Origin: an uncultured cyanobacterium
Lineage (GTDB): Bacteria > Cyanobacteriota > Cyanobacteriia > Cyanobacteriales > Nostocaceae
Reading direction: 5' to 3'
Assembly (NCBI GenBank): GCA_963706595.1
Contig: OY970166.1
Span: forward strand, 5,344,001-5,408,000
Length of the DNA: 64,000 bases
Below, piece by piece: positions 53,638 to 63,359 of this stretch. A program made the position numbers and the translations under genes. Numbering within the stretch: position 1 is the stretch's first letter; the number at the start of each line of letters is the position of its first letter. Under the pieces are notes generated by a model. That model was not told the origin of the DNA. It did no database searches and saw nothing but the letters and a program-made list of their open reading frames with translations.

Positions 53638-55797
53638 ATGACTCCACCAATAATTAAGCGCTATCTGATTGCTTTTGAGAAATATAAATGGATTGGGTTG
53701 GGCAGTTTTGCTTTAGTAGTTGCCGGGTCAACAATAGTGGCGACACAGCCAGAACCACCCCCCAGCTTTGTGGCAGATGCGGCACTTACTTATACTCGCC
53801 CACCAGTTTCGTTTTCGGCGACTGGTAGTGAAATTCAACAACAAGGGCAATTACTGAGTCGGGAAGTTTTGTTGTCAGACCAGATTATTGAACCTGTAGC
53901 GGCGAAAGTCAATGTGAAACCACAAACTATTGGTGCCAATGTGGCTTTGCGTCTACCGCCGGCAGGCGAAGCAGGGCAATCGACATCGTCAATCCTTGAG
54001 TTGAAATATCAAGATACTGACCCCAAACGAGCGCAGCAGATATTGCAGGAATTAATGCAAGCGATGATTGTGCTGAGTGGTGATATTAATACTGGAAGAT
54101 TAAACACAATTATTGAAAAAATTAATGAGCGCATACCGCAGGCGAAATCAGAACTGGAAGCAGCAGAACAGAAGCTGGAACAGTATGATCGCCGGGAGCG
54201 TCCGGCAATATTGGCGGCTGAGAATGGTAGTTTGCTGGGTGCAGTAACTAGTAGTCAAAATCAACAACGCTCAATTAAATTAACTATTGCCGGGATTAAT
54301 GCCCAACTTCGCAGTTTGGAAGGGAAGTTGGGTTTAAATGTGGGACAAGCCTATGTTTCTTCTGCTTTGAGTGCTGACCCCATTCTTTCTAACTTGCGAT
54401 CGCAAATTTATCAAGTAGAATCTCAAATCAGTTTACTCAGTAAAGATTTACGACCTGAAAACCCAACCATGATTCAGTTGGCGCGTCAGAAACAATCTAT
54501 AGAAGAATTGCTGCAACAACGCGCGGCTGAGGTAGTAGGAGGTGACGGTGCGGCGGCTCCTTTAGCTGGAGATGTTTCGGGTATCCGCGCTCAAAGCAAT
54601 TTAGACCCAGCCCGACAACAGTTAGCAAATCAGATGGTGGGTTTGGAAACCCAAAGAGAAACACTCCAACAACAATTAGCTCAACAAATTAAAGAAGAAG
54701 AACAATTGCGGCAAGATTATTCTCAAATCCCCAACAAGCAACTAGAGCGATCGCGTTTGGAACAGGAAGTCGGCCTGAAAAAAGCGATTTATGACCAAAT
54801 GCAGGCAAAGCTGGCAGACTCTAAAGCCGCAGAAGCCGAAACAGTGACGAGCTTAACAGTTGCCAGAATACCTAAGGTTGTTAGCAATGCCGCTAAAGGT
54901 CCGAGTGTGCCTCTGACCTTGGGTATTGGTGGTTTATTCGGCTTGCTAGTTGGCGGTGGGGTCATATTTTTGTTGGGTTCTCTGGAAGGCACTTTCAAAA
55001 CCAAAGAGGATATCCGCGACAGCCTTCGACAACGGGAAGTTTCTCAGCTGGGAGAATTGCCTTTAATGCCTGTTGATGATTTGGAACGAACCGCTTTACC
55101 TGTAATCCTTTCTCCTGATTCTCCGTATTTGGAGTTTTATGAGAAGTTTCGTAGTAATTTGCGCCGGATTGGTGGCAGTGATTTAAAGGTGCTATTGATT
55201 ACTAGCACTAGCAGCCAAGAGGGTAAAACGGTGAGTGCTTATAACTTAGGTATAGCCTCTGCCCTCGCTGGTAAAAGAACCCTGATTATCGAAACCGATT
55301 TGCGATCGCCTTCTCATGCTTCATCTCTGAATGTTACCCCAGATGCCGAGGCCACCTTTGAACCTCTGCGCTATTATGCTCGGTTGAATGAATGTATCCG
55401 CTTAGTTCCTGATGTAGAAAATTTATACATTATTCCCAGCCCTGGTCCTGTGCGTCAATCTGCGGCTATTCTGGAATCAAGCGAAATGCGCCGGCTCATG
55501 GAAGATGTGCGGCAGCGATTCGATTGGGTAATTTTAGATACAAGCCCCCTCAGTTTATCCAACGATGCTTTATTAATCCAACCCTATAGCGATGGCATAG
55601 TCTTAGTCGCACGTCCTAACCAGACACAAGAAAATATGTTAGGAGAAGCTATTGATCAATTAGTTGAATCTGAACTGGGTTTGTTAGGAGTAATTATCAA
55701 CGGTGCTGATATTTTCGTTTCCCCATCTCAGCCTTTACCATCTGAGTCACAAACAGGAATTTATACAGAGGTTTCAGCCACTGCTCACAAAAACTAA
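53638..55797 (+). CDS. Wzc/GumC-like polysaccharide co-polymerase with a BY-kinase-like domain
   Basis: Two TMs flanking a coiled coil; STSSQEGKT, ETDLRSP, ILDTSP. Confidence 0.88.
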   Translation: MTPPIIKRYLIAFEKYKWIGLGSFALVVAGSTIVATQPEPPPSFVADAALTYTRPPVSFSATGSEIQQQGQLLSREVLLSDQIIEPVAAKVNVKPQTIGANVALRLPPAGEAGQSTSSILELKYQDTDPKRAQQILQELMQAMIVLSGDINTGRLNTIIEKINERIPQAKSELEAAEQKLEQYDRRERPAILAAENGSLLGAVTSSQNQQRSIKLTIAGINAQLRSLEGKLGLNVGQAYVSSALSADPILSNLRSQIYQVESQISLLSKDLRPENPTMIQLARQKQSIEELLQQRAAEVVGGDGAAAPLAGDVSGIRAQSNLDPARQQLANQMVGLETQRETLQQQLAQQIKEEEQLRQDYSQIPNKQLERSRLEQEVGLKKAIYDQMQAKLADSKAAEAETVTSLTVARIPKVVSNAAKGPSVPLTLGIGGLFGLLVGGGVIFLLGSLEGTFKTKEDIRDSLRQREVSQLGELPLMPVDDLERTALPVILSPDSPYLEFYEKFRSNLRRIGGSDLKVLLITSTSSQEGKTVSAYNLGIASALAGKRTLIIETDLRSPSHASSLNVTPDAEATFEPLRYYARLNECIRLVPDVENLYIIPSPGPVRQSAAILESSEMRRLMEDVRQRFDWVILDTSPLSLSNDALLIQPYSDGIVLVARPNQTQENMLGEAIDQLVESELGLLGVIINGADIFVSPSQPLPSESQTGIYTEVSATAHKN

Positions 55798-55957
55798 GTG
55801 CAGGGTGCGGGGAAGAGTTGGAAACTACTTGAGACTCTTGATTCTGCTTAAAACCGTTCCTGCTATATAAATACTAGACAAAGCTAGACATTTACTTCTT
55901 ACGTCAACTTAGGATAGCTTTTCTCCTCTGCCCCCGTTCCTCTTCTCCCTGACAGTA

Positions 55958-56629
55958 CTAGTCGCGCCGAAATAACCCGAATAATGGAGAAATAATGATC
56001 CCAAAAGCAAAGCCGCCTATGTGCGCCCAGTAAGCAACTCCGCCTGTTTCCACACTCATATTAGCAGCAGCTTGCAGGCTGAGAAGACCCGATATCACAT
56101 TTTGGATCACGAAAACTCCGATGAGAATCATTGCCGGAATCCTGATTGTGGTGATGAAGAAACCCAAAAAGACTAAGGTGAAAATTTTCGCTTGTGGGAA
56201 ACGGATAATATAAGCACCGAGAACCCCCGCAATCGCACCACTAGCTCCTAAAGAAGGAATAGTGGAATTCATACTAATAAACCACTGACACAAGGCAGCT
56301 AAAGCACCGCAGGCTAGATAAAAAATCAGATACTTGAAATGACCCATCCGGTCTTCAATATTGTTACCAAATACCCAGAGAAACACCATATTTGAGATCA
56401 GATGCCACCAACCACCGTGTAAGAATTGTGACGTAAACAAAGTTGTCCACTCTTGGGCAAAGTTAGTGGTTAGCTCTCGTGGTATTACCGCATACATCCG
56501 AAAGAATTGCTCTAATTGTTCACTTGATAGACTGACTTCGTGCAGAAAGACTACAATATTCAAGCCAATCAACCCGTAAGTGAAATATGGGGTGATTCGC
56601 GTCGGGTTTTCGTCATGGAGGGGAAACAC
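55958..56629 (-). CDS. Rhomboid intramembrane serine protease
   Basis: FLHGGWWHLISNM, GASGA, AHIGG. Confidence 0.93.
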   Translation of the reverse strand: MFPLHDENPTRITPYFTYGLIGLNIVVFLHEVSLSSEQLEQFFRMYAVIPRELTTNFAQEWTTLFTSQFLHGGWWHLISNMVFLWVFGNNIEDRMGHFKYLIFYLACGALAALCQWFISMNSTIPSLGASGAIAGVLGAYIIRFPQAKIFTLVFLGFFITTIRIPAMILIGVFVIQNVISGLLSLQAAANMSVETGGVAYWAHIGGFAFGIIISPLFGLFRRD

Positions 56630-56719
56630 AGGTGTTTTTCCTAATTATCGATTATTTGCAATATAGCCTGTGCTGCCATAGCAAAGTGTCTGGACAAGAA
56701 AATGTGGAGATTTTGCCAT

Positions 56720-57439
56720 CTAGCCAGATAAAGATTCTTCATTGGATTTGTCGCTAAATAAACCCAGCAATGGTCCAAGAATTGCCCCAAACACAAAACC
56801 TCCTGCATGGGCCCAATAGGCAATACCGCCGCCTTCCATGCCGATATTTGTCGGCGCTTCTAGACTGGCTATGCCGTAAAAAGCTTGTTGGATAAACCAG
56901 AATCCTAAAAAGAAATATGCCGGAACCCGGAAAGAAGGGAAGAAAAATCCTAAAGGTACTACACCGAGAATTTCCACTTGGGGAAACCGCAAAATATATG
57001 CTCCCATCACGCCTGCGATCGCACCACTTGCACCTAAAGAAGGAATGGTAGAATCTTGAGCGAAGAACCATTGTGCCAAAGATGCCAAAGCACCACAAGA
57101 TAAATAAAACAGTAAATATTTAGCACGGCCTAACTTTTCCTCAATATTATTCCCAAACACCCAGAGAAACAACATATTGCCCCCTAGATGCAAAAAACCG
57201 CCATGCAAAAATTGGGCAGTAATCAAAGTTGCCCATTCTGGTACTGGCTGATTGACAGAGATTCCCGAAAAACTTAAGGTGAGTTCTTGGGGAATTACAG
57301 CCGCCAGATGAAAAAACTGATTTAATGCTTGGGGAGGAAGACTTGCTTCATAAAGAAAAGCCAAGACATTAGTTGCAATCAGTGCATAAGTTACATAAGG
57401 CGTAATTTGTGTAGGATTATTATCTTTAATTGGAACCAC
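56720..57439 (-). CDS. Rhomboid intramembrane serine protease (tandem paralog)
   Basis: FLHGGFLHLGGNM, GASGA, AHAGG. Confidence 0.93.
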   Translation of the reverse strand: MVPIKDNNPTQITPYVTYALIATNVLAFLYEASLPPQALNQFFHLAAVIPQELTLSFSGISVNQPVPEWATLITAQFLHGGFLHLGGNMLFLWVFGNNIEEKLGRAKYLLFYLSCGALASLAQWFFAQDSTIPSLGASGAIAGVMGAYILRFPQVEILGVVPLGFFFPSFRVPAYFFLGFWFIQQAFYGIASLEAPTNIGMEGGGIAYWAHAGGFVFGAILGPLLGLFSDKSNEESLSG

Positions 57440-57542
57440 TGGTATTTTCCTGATATTCGAGTCACTAGCCTCACATTACTGAATCTTGTCAGTATTTTCT
57501 TCTACCTATGGTTTAAATTTGTCATAGTTGCCAAAAAGAAGA

Positions 57543-57678
57543 GGCAGGGGAGCAGGGAGCAGGGAGCAGGGGAGCAGGGAGCAGGGGAGCAGGGAGCAGG
57601 GAGCAGGGAGCAGGGAGCAGGGAGCAGGGGAGCAGGGAGCAGGGAGCAGGGGAGCAGCAGGGAGCAGGGAGCAGGGGA
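57543..57678. repeat. Long (G)GGGAGCA tandem repeat tract
   Basis: About 135 bp of 7/8-mer units. Confidence 0.9.
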
Positions 57679-57840
57679 GAAGGATTTTTGAAAACCTTGA
57701 TTTCCTGTTAGTCCGCGAAGTGCGGACTTTGTTTGTATAGCCGCGACTTTTAGTCGCCTGGACTAGGTGCAAGATGTGAGTTGATTGATTTCAAATGGTT
57801 TGTTTATTTCCGCCATGCTATACTAGTGAAAGCACGTTAA

Positions 57841-58324
57841 TTAATTGTTTTCAAAATCACTGAAATTTTGACATTTGTGCTTATTCGCGAAAAAAGTTAA
57901 ATATTTATCTGCGTAGCGAAAAGCTGATAAACAATCATAAGCAGCTATAGATACAGCTTGCAAGAAAACCTTGATGGGAATTTCCAATTCTGAAAGTTTT
58001 TGGGTTAAAAACAATAATTCTTGGTCTGTTGCGGGAAAAGCAGTTTCTTCCGCCCATTCCGATTCATTCCAGGCATTTTCAATTAATACTTTGGACATTT
58101 TGTACCTCCCCAAAAGCAAAAGATGCAAAGCCGGCGATAAAATTTAGCTGCTGTTCACGAGTTAGTAAGTTGACTGGAAGTTCAGTATGGGAACATCCGA
58201 TTTCTTGCAAAATCTCTAAACAATAAGCACTGATTTCAGTGAGTGAGGCTCGCTCCCACTCCAGAGCAACTTCTTTGGCTCTCTTCCAATTAACTCGAAT
58301 AACGGTATTTCCAGGGTTGTCCAT
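57841..58324 (-). CDS. Hypothetical protein, probably one gene split by a frameshift at 58108-58111
   Basis: Two overlapping ORFs join as FAFGRYKMSKVLIENAW if one G of a G4 run is removed. Confidence 0.5.
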
Positions 58325-58585
58325 AAAATGCACCCTAATAAACTCGATAATTGCAGTTTGAATCAGAAGTACAAATTAGCGTAACCGTATTTATGCGGGA
58401 TTTATGAAGACGGAACATAAAAATGTCAGCACATTTGCGGAAAGACTAGCCCAGAGATGAATCACTCATCTCAATTTTCGCCAATTATTCACCAAAAAAA
58501 CGCTCCAGATTGGTTATAGTGCTTCTGGAGCTAGAAATAGGATTCATGAATAATTCATTTTTACCGTGTTTTTACTTGTTTTGAA

Positions 58586-59065
58586 TTAAAGATTTTGGGA
58601 TACATTTACACCCATGATTTTGGCTGGGATGACAATACCGTAATAACCAGCAGAAATGGCAGCGATCGCATTTAGCCAAACATTAATTCCAAAAATAGGC
58701 ATTAAGCCAAAAAATGACTTCGCAAAGGGTAAAAATCCCATAATTGCGAGTACGGCATAAGTAATTGCAAAAACACGATTGAAGATGCGAGCGCTGTTAG
58801 CATTATTGTAGGAAGCAATTCCCCAAAATCCCACAGCACAACGAACCAGGTTATGTAAGAAATTGGTGGGAATTACCCCAAATATCAAACCAAATCCGGC
58901 AGCATAAGCGTTAGGAGCTATATCAGCCGGGATATAAGGTGCGCTTGTTCCTGGTAATGAAACTAAAGGTGGTACAAATCCTGCTAAACCTAATAGCAAA
59001 TAAATAACACCAATGCTCAAAGCGCAGTAACGCTCTGTCATTTTTGCCAAGTGGATATTTTCCAT
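58586..59065 (-). CDS. DUF4383-like membrane protein
   Basis: GLAGF, FGVIPTNFLHNLV, FGLMPIFGINVWL. Confidence 0.75.
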   Translation of the reverse strand: MENIHLAKMTERYCALSIGVIYLLLGLAGFVPPLVSLPGTSAPYIPADIAPNAYAAGFGLIFGVIPTNFLHNLVRCAVGFWGIASYNNANSARIFNRVFAITYAVLAIMGFLPFAKSFFGLMPIFGINVWLNAIAAISAGYYGIVIPAKIMGVNVSQNL

Positions 59066-59313
59066 ATTCTTTTTTACCTCTGAACTGTTAAATCTTCAGC
59101 AAATACTAGCTGCTTGCTGAAATATGACTGCAACTAATTTATTAAACCAATAGCAAAGGGTGATCTCTAGTTAGTTGGTTCGCCAGACATAACACTTTCC
59201 ATTCAACTGAAATTTTGGGTATATGACTCTATCGCAAGTCAGGATTAAGCATCTCAAATAGTTGAGTTTCAGAGAGGTTTTTGAATTAACGAAATATAAT
59301 AGGCTAAATTTGA

Positions 59314-59419
59314 TACGTAGCTCAAACTTAAAAAACGTAATCCCCAGATCCCCGACTTCTCTAAGAAGTCGGGGATCTATATCGTCAAGGTTTTATGTTT
59401 AATTATGTTGACCTACTTA
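59314..59419. mobile_element. TAAGTAG-type MITE with internal AGATCCCCGACTTC...GAAGTCGGGGATCT hairpin (uninterrupted copy)
   Basis: Imperfect terminal inverted repeats tacgtagctcaa.../ttgacctactta; homologous to 24754-25005. Confidence 0.7.
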
Positions 59420-59514
59420 CCTAAATCTCCGACTTGGTTTCAGGAACGCCTAAAATTGCTATATATGCTGAAGATTCTATGTTGAATTAACCTAACCTAC
59501 TGAGCAGATAGACA

Positions 59515-59874
59515 ATGCAGATTAACCAGTCTCTCCATACAGCGATTCTTGTGACTGACTTAGAAAAATCCGAAAATTTCTATGGCAAAGTCTTGGGATT
59601 GTCCAAGATAGAGCGCTCCTTGAAGTATGCTGGTGTATGGTATCAAGTGGGTAATTATCAAATTCACTTGATAGTTGCAACTACTGTGCCTACAGATAAT
59701 CCTGACCAAAAATGGGGACGCAATCCTCACATTGCTTTTGCGGTTGCTGATTTGGATGTTGCTAAACAAGAGTTACTCAATCAAAATTATCCCATTCAAG
59801 TTAGTGCTTCTGGTCGCGCTGCTCTCTTCACTCAAGACCCGGATGGAAATATAATCGAACTGAGTCAGCAGTGA
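59515..59874 (+). CDS. VOC/glyoxalase family protein
   Basis: HTAILV, FYGKVLG, HIAF, DPDGNIIEL. Confidence 0.92.
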   Translation: MQINQSLHTAILVTDLEKSENFYGKVLGLSKIERSLKYAGVWYQVGNYQIHLIVATTVPTDNPDQKWGRNPHIAFAVADLDVAKQELLNQNYPIQVSASGRAALFTQDPDGNIIELSQQ

Positions 59875-59889
59875 TGTGGGGCGGTGGGA

Positions 59890-61182
59890 ATGAAAATTAT
59901 TGCTTACTCTTACAGTCATCCCTTATTAGAAGCTTCTGTTGATCCAAATGATTGGGGATGGGAAGTAGATCGAGTTTATCAAGATTTGGGTAACAGAACG
60001 CAGTTACAAAAATTAATTGTAGACTGTAAAACTGAGCCAGCAAACTATCTCCTAATCCATCGTTTAGAAGAATTGGGAGACAGTTTGGAGTTCGTGAGCG
60101 ATCGCTTGCATGAAATCGAAGCATTAGGCATAATCATCATAGCCACCGAACAACCCTACACTTCAAAAAATTCTCATCTCGACTCTGATTTGTGGAAATT
60201 GTTACAAGCAATCCAACGTCAGCAGCATAGCCGCAGCATCCGCCAAGCCCACGCCTGTAATCGTCTGAAAGCCTCACCCCCACCAGGTAAAGTTCCTTAT
60301 GGCTATCGTCGTACCAAAGAAAAATATACTATTGATCGCAGTACCGCACCAGTAGTCAAAGAATTTTTTGAACACTTCTTACTTTATGGTTCCCTACGTG
60401 GTGCAGTGCGTCACTTAGCGAAAAAATATGGTAAAAAAATCTCTGTCACTACCGGAAGACGCTGGCTGACTAATGCTGTTTATCGAGGTGATACAGCTTA
60501 TCAGCATGGTCAAATTATTTCTGATACCCATATTCCCATACTATCCAGAGAAGAAGCCGCACAAATTGACCGAATTTTACGCCGTAACAGTCGTTTACCA
60601 TCTCGAACTGCTAGCGCCCCACGTTCTTTAGCCGGGTTAGTTGTTTGTAGTCAGTGTCAGTCACACACAACTGTCACCCGCGTCACCCGGCGCTACCAAG
60701 ATAAAGAGTATCTTTATTTACGTCCTATTAGCTGTACTCAAAATCCCAAATGTGGGGCTATTCCCTACCAGGATGTATTAGAACAGACAATTGAAATCGT
60801 TTGTCGTGATTTACCCCTAGCTGTAGCCGGAATGGATTTTCCCCAGTTGGATACCATTAAGAACAGTTTAGGGCAAGCGATCGCACGTCAGCAAGAAATA
60901 CTCCAACAGCTACCAGCTTTAGTCGAAACCGGGATTTTGGACGATGAAACCGCAAAAATCAGGGCTTACAAACTCCACACCGAAATTTCGCAACTCCAAG
61001 CCAAACTAGCCACCCTTCCCCCAGTCAACTTGCGTTCTGTAGCTCAAGCCGTTTCCATTCCCCAATTTTGGTTCGACTTATCAGAAGCCGAACGCAGGTT
61101 TTACTTTCGAGAATTTATCAAACAAATTGAAATTATTCGCCAGGAAAAAGAGTGGAAATTACGGGTAATTTTTATTTTTTAG
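59890..61182 (+). CDS. Large serine recombinase-like protein with a degenerate catalytic domain
   Basis: Resolvase-like N-terminus, PYGY, YRG, LAGLVVCSQC zinc ribbon, coiled coil. Confidence 0.8.
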   Translation: MKIIAYSYSHPLLEASVDPNDWGWEVDRVYQDLGNRTQLQKLIVDCKTEPANYLLIHRLEELGDSLEFVSDRLHEIEALGIIIIATEQPYTSKNSHLDSDLWKLLQAIQRQQHSRSIRQAHACNRLKASPPPGKVPYGYRRTKEKYTIDRSTAPVVKEFFEHFLLYGSLRGAVRHLAKKYGKKISVTTGRRWLTNAVYRGDTAYQHGQIISDTHIPILSREEAAQIDRILRRNSRLPSRTASAPRSLAGLVVCSQCQSHTTVTRVTRRYQDKEYLYLRPISCTQNPKCGAIPYQDVLEQTIEIVCRDLPLAVAGMDFPQLDTIKNSLGQAIARQQEILQQLPALVETGILDDETAKIRAYKLHTEISQLQAKLATLPPVNLRSVAQAVSIPQFWFDLSEAERRFYFREFIKQIEIIRQEKEWKLRVIFIF

Positions 61183-61203
61183 GACAAATAGACACAAATT
61201 ATT

Positions 61204-61232
61204 GTAGGGGTTTAGCAATGCTAAACCCCTAC
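61204..61232. repeat. GTAG-REP-like palindrome
   Basis: gtaggggtttagca-a-tgctaaacccctac. Confidence 0.7.
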
Positions 61233-61290
61233 GAAAGATATGGTTTTTGACAATTCATATTTAATCTTATAGTAACCGCCAAGGAGGTTA

Positions 61291-61430
61291 TACCAATTTT
61301 ATGTGAGGCTGCATATTATTTTTACTCCACCCCTTACTCCTAACCCGTAAAAATCCGGTTCCCTCCTCGCTTGCGGGGAGGGTTAGGGAGGGGTTCTTTT
61401 TATTCCTCTTTAATTTATATAAAATTGGTA
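61291..61430. mobile_element. MITE with TACCAATTTTAT terminal repeats and TTA target duplication
   Basis: Reverse-complement copy of 14617-14751. Confidence 0.75.
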
Positions 61431-61513
61431 TTAAGACATAAACGGATAATCAAACTTAGACATCATTCGGGTTTTAACCCACTCCCCACTCCCCACTCCC
61501 CACTCCCCACTCC

Positions 61514-63109
61514 CTACTCCCCAGAAGTCGGGGATTTACCTGTATTCCGCACATTGATAAATTTACCCAACAAATCAAACCAAAAAGGCGCACCCATTGA
61601 AATCGCCATACCACTCACAAACCAGCCGAAAGCCATCCTGAAAAATTTCCAGACCGAAAAATGAGTCTTTTTCGTGACATTCCAATCAATTTGCTGTTCT
61701 AAGTTAACCGCATTCCAACCAATTGGTAAAGCTATCGACCCTAAAACCTTTTCAGTTTCTTTCTTTAAATTCTCTAAATTTTCAGATGATTCATTAGTCT
61801 GCACAATTTGCCCAGCATTATTAACAATAGCAATCCGTAGAGAAGAATCCTTGGATAATCTGCTCACAATATGAAATGCATCTGCATTAGCCATCACTGC
61901 AATGGTAAAGCCAATTATCAGCGCCACTCCTTTCGCATTCCGTTTGTAAACACCAGATGCTCGCGCCATTGATTGATCAAATGTCTGCTCTAGCTCTTGT
62001 TGTAATATATAAATTCCTTCCTCTGTATTTTTAGCTTTTATTTGGGCGCGTTTTGCTAACATCTCCATATTGTGCAGTACCGATGGCGGTAGCTTTTCTT
62101 TCAAAGATTGCAGAGTTGTACTAAAAGATTGAAATGTTTTATAAGCTTCACTCTCTGGGTCAGAAAATTCATTGATAAATCCTTGGTGAGCATCACTACC
62201 TATATTAATTAACTGCACAATTTCATCAATATTAGGTCTTAAGCATTTAAGTGAAATAGTTTGTTCAATGTTGTTAAAAATATCTTCTCTGAGAAACATC
62301 AGTTTTTGCAAGGCTTTTTTAGCAGAAAAATCTTCTGGCATATCTTCTCGAAACACCGCAATAAATCTATCTAAACTTTGTGCCATACAATTCATACTAG
62401 TAACTAAATCAAGTTTATCTTTTTGAAAATCATCAATGATTTTCGCAAAGGCTTTTTCCACTATTTCTGTAAATTCGTGGTAAATGTTCACTGAAAATTT
62501 AGTTATATCGTCATCTATATTGTTTACCTGATTATGAAACTTTAATAAAATAGTTTGTATCTCATGTAACTGCTCATCTTTAAAATTTATGATTCTTGAT
62601 TCAGTTAATTTTTGCACAAGTCCTGGTATGCCTAAAGTTTCCATGAAAGTTGTAGCAAAAGTCTCCGCAGGAATGTAAGATGGAGCGCTGTGTTTCCTCA
62701 ATTTTGTTTCGTCATCAGCATCTATTATCTTTCCTAGCTCGTCTTTTTGATATCCAAAAATACTTTTATTTCTTTTTTCTCCAGATAGGGAAAATTTTAC
62801 AGGAATAGATGATAAGAACCAAACCAACTTGCGAGGTAAATTCGTTAAAAACCCTTTTGCTTCTTGATTGACACTTTTAATCAATGGATGGTTGTACAAG
62901 TCATTTACAAAGCTAATCACACGGTCATTGTCTGAACTTGTTGCATCACCTGCCACAAGAATTTCAATGGATTTTTTGAGATGAACTGCACGCCATTGTA
63001 AAACTGTAGTGATTAATTCTTGAATCTCCGAAGCTAATAAGCTTAAGATTAAGTAGATAAAAATTAAACCAATTGTTATATCTAAAATAAAAGGTAAACT
63101 CATTGACAC
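61514..63109 (-). CDS. Hypothetical membrane protein (GAPFWFDLL motif)
   Basis: N-terminal TM with SEIQE..WRA, APSYIP, RASGVYKR, LPIGW, GAPFWFDLL. Confidence 0.75.
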   Translation of the reverse strand: MSMSLPFILDITIGLIFIYLILSLLASEIQELITTVLQWRAVHLKKSIEILVAGDATSSDNDRVISFVNDLYNHPLIKSVNQEAKGFLTNLPRKLVWFLSSIPVKFSLSGEKRNKSIFGYQKDELGKIIDADDETKLRKHSAPSYIPAETFATTFMETLGIPGLVQKLTESRIINFKDEQLHEIQTILLKFHNQVNNIDDDITKFSVNIYHEFTEIVEKAFAKIIDDFQKDKLDLVTSMNCMAQSLDRFIAVFREDMPEDFSAKKALQKLMFLREDIFNNIEQTISLKCLRPNIDEIVQLINIGSDAHQGFINEFSDPESEAYKTFQSFSTTLQSLKEKLPPSVLHNMEMLAKRAQIKAKNTEEGIYILQQELEQTFDQSMARASGVYKRNAKGVALIIGFTIAVMANADAFHIVSRLSKDSSLRIAIVNNAGQIVQTNESSENLENLKKETEKVLGSIALPIGWNAVNLEQQIDWNVTKKTHFSVWKFFRMAFGWFVSGMAISMGAPFWFDLLGKFINVRNTGKSPTSGE

Positions 63110-63359
63110 GTTTCTCCACAGGTAGCTAGCATATATATATTGCTATCATTTGTATCATTTTTAGCAATTAATAATTGTTAAATAAATTGAACAAAATTCA
63201 GGTAAATTTCTCCAATAATTATCGCTGCCCAGAGAAAATTGCTGTAACCTTGGAACTTAGCAATTGTTGAGAATTCAGATTGTGACTGAGCGGCAAGATT
63301 AGAGATGTACTTTAGTCTCTATGTAACCAAACCAGCAAGTAAAATGATGAGCATAGAAT

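Noticed and set aside
57329..57772. ORFs with GSREQ / LLPAPCS repeats
   Set aside because: Translations of the GGGAGCA tandem repeat; the same applies to 21631-21879, 40858-41055 and 61371-61664
29076..61182. A heterocyst excision element formed by xisH/xisI and the serine recombinase
   Set aside because: They are 30 kb apart with core genes between them, no interrupted nif/fdxN/hup gene is present, and the recombinase active site is degenerate
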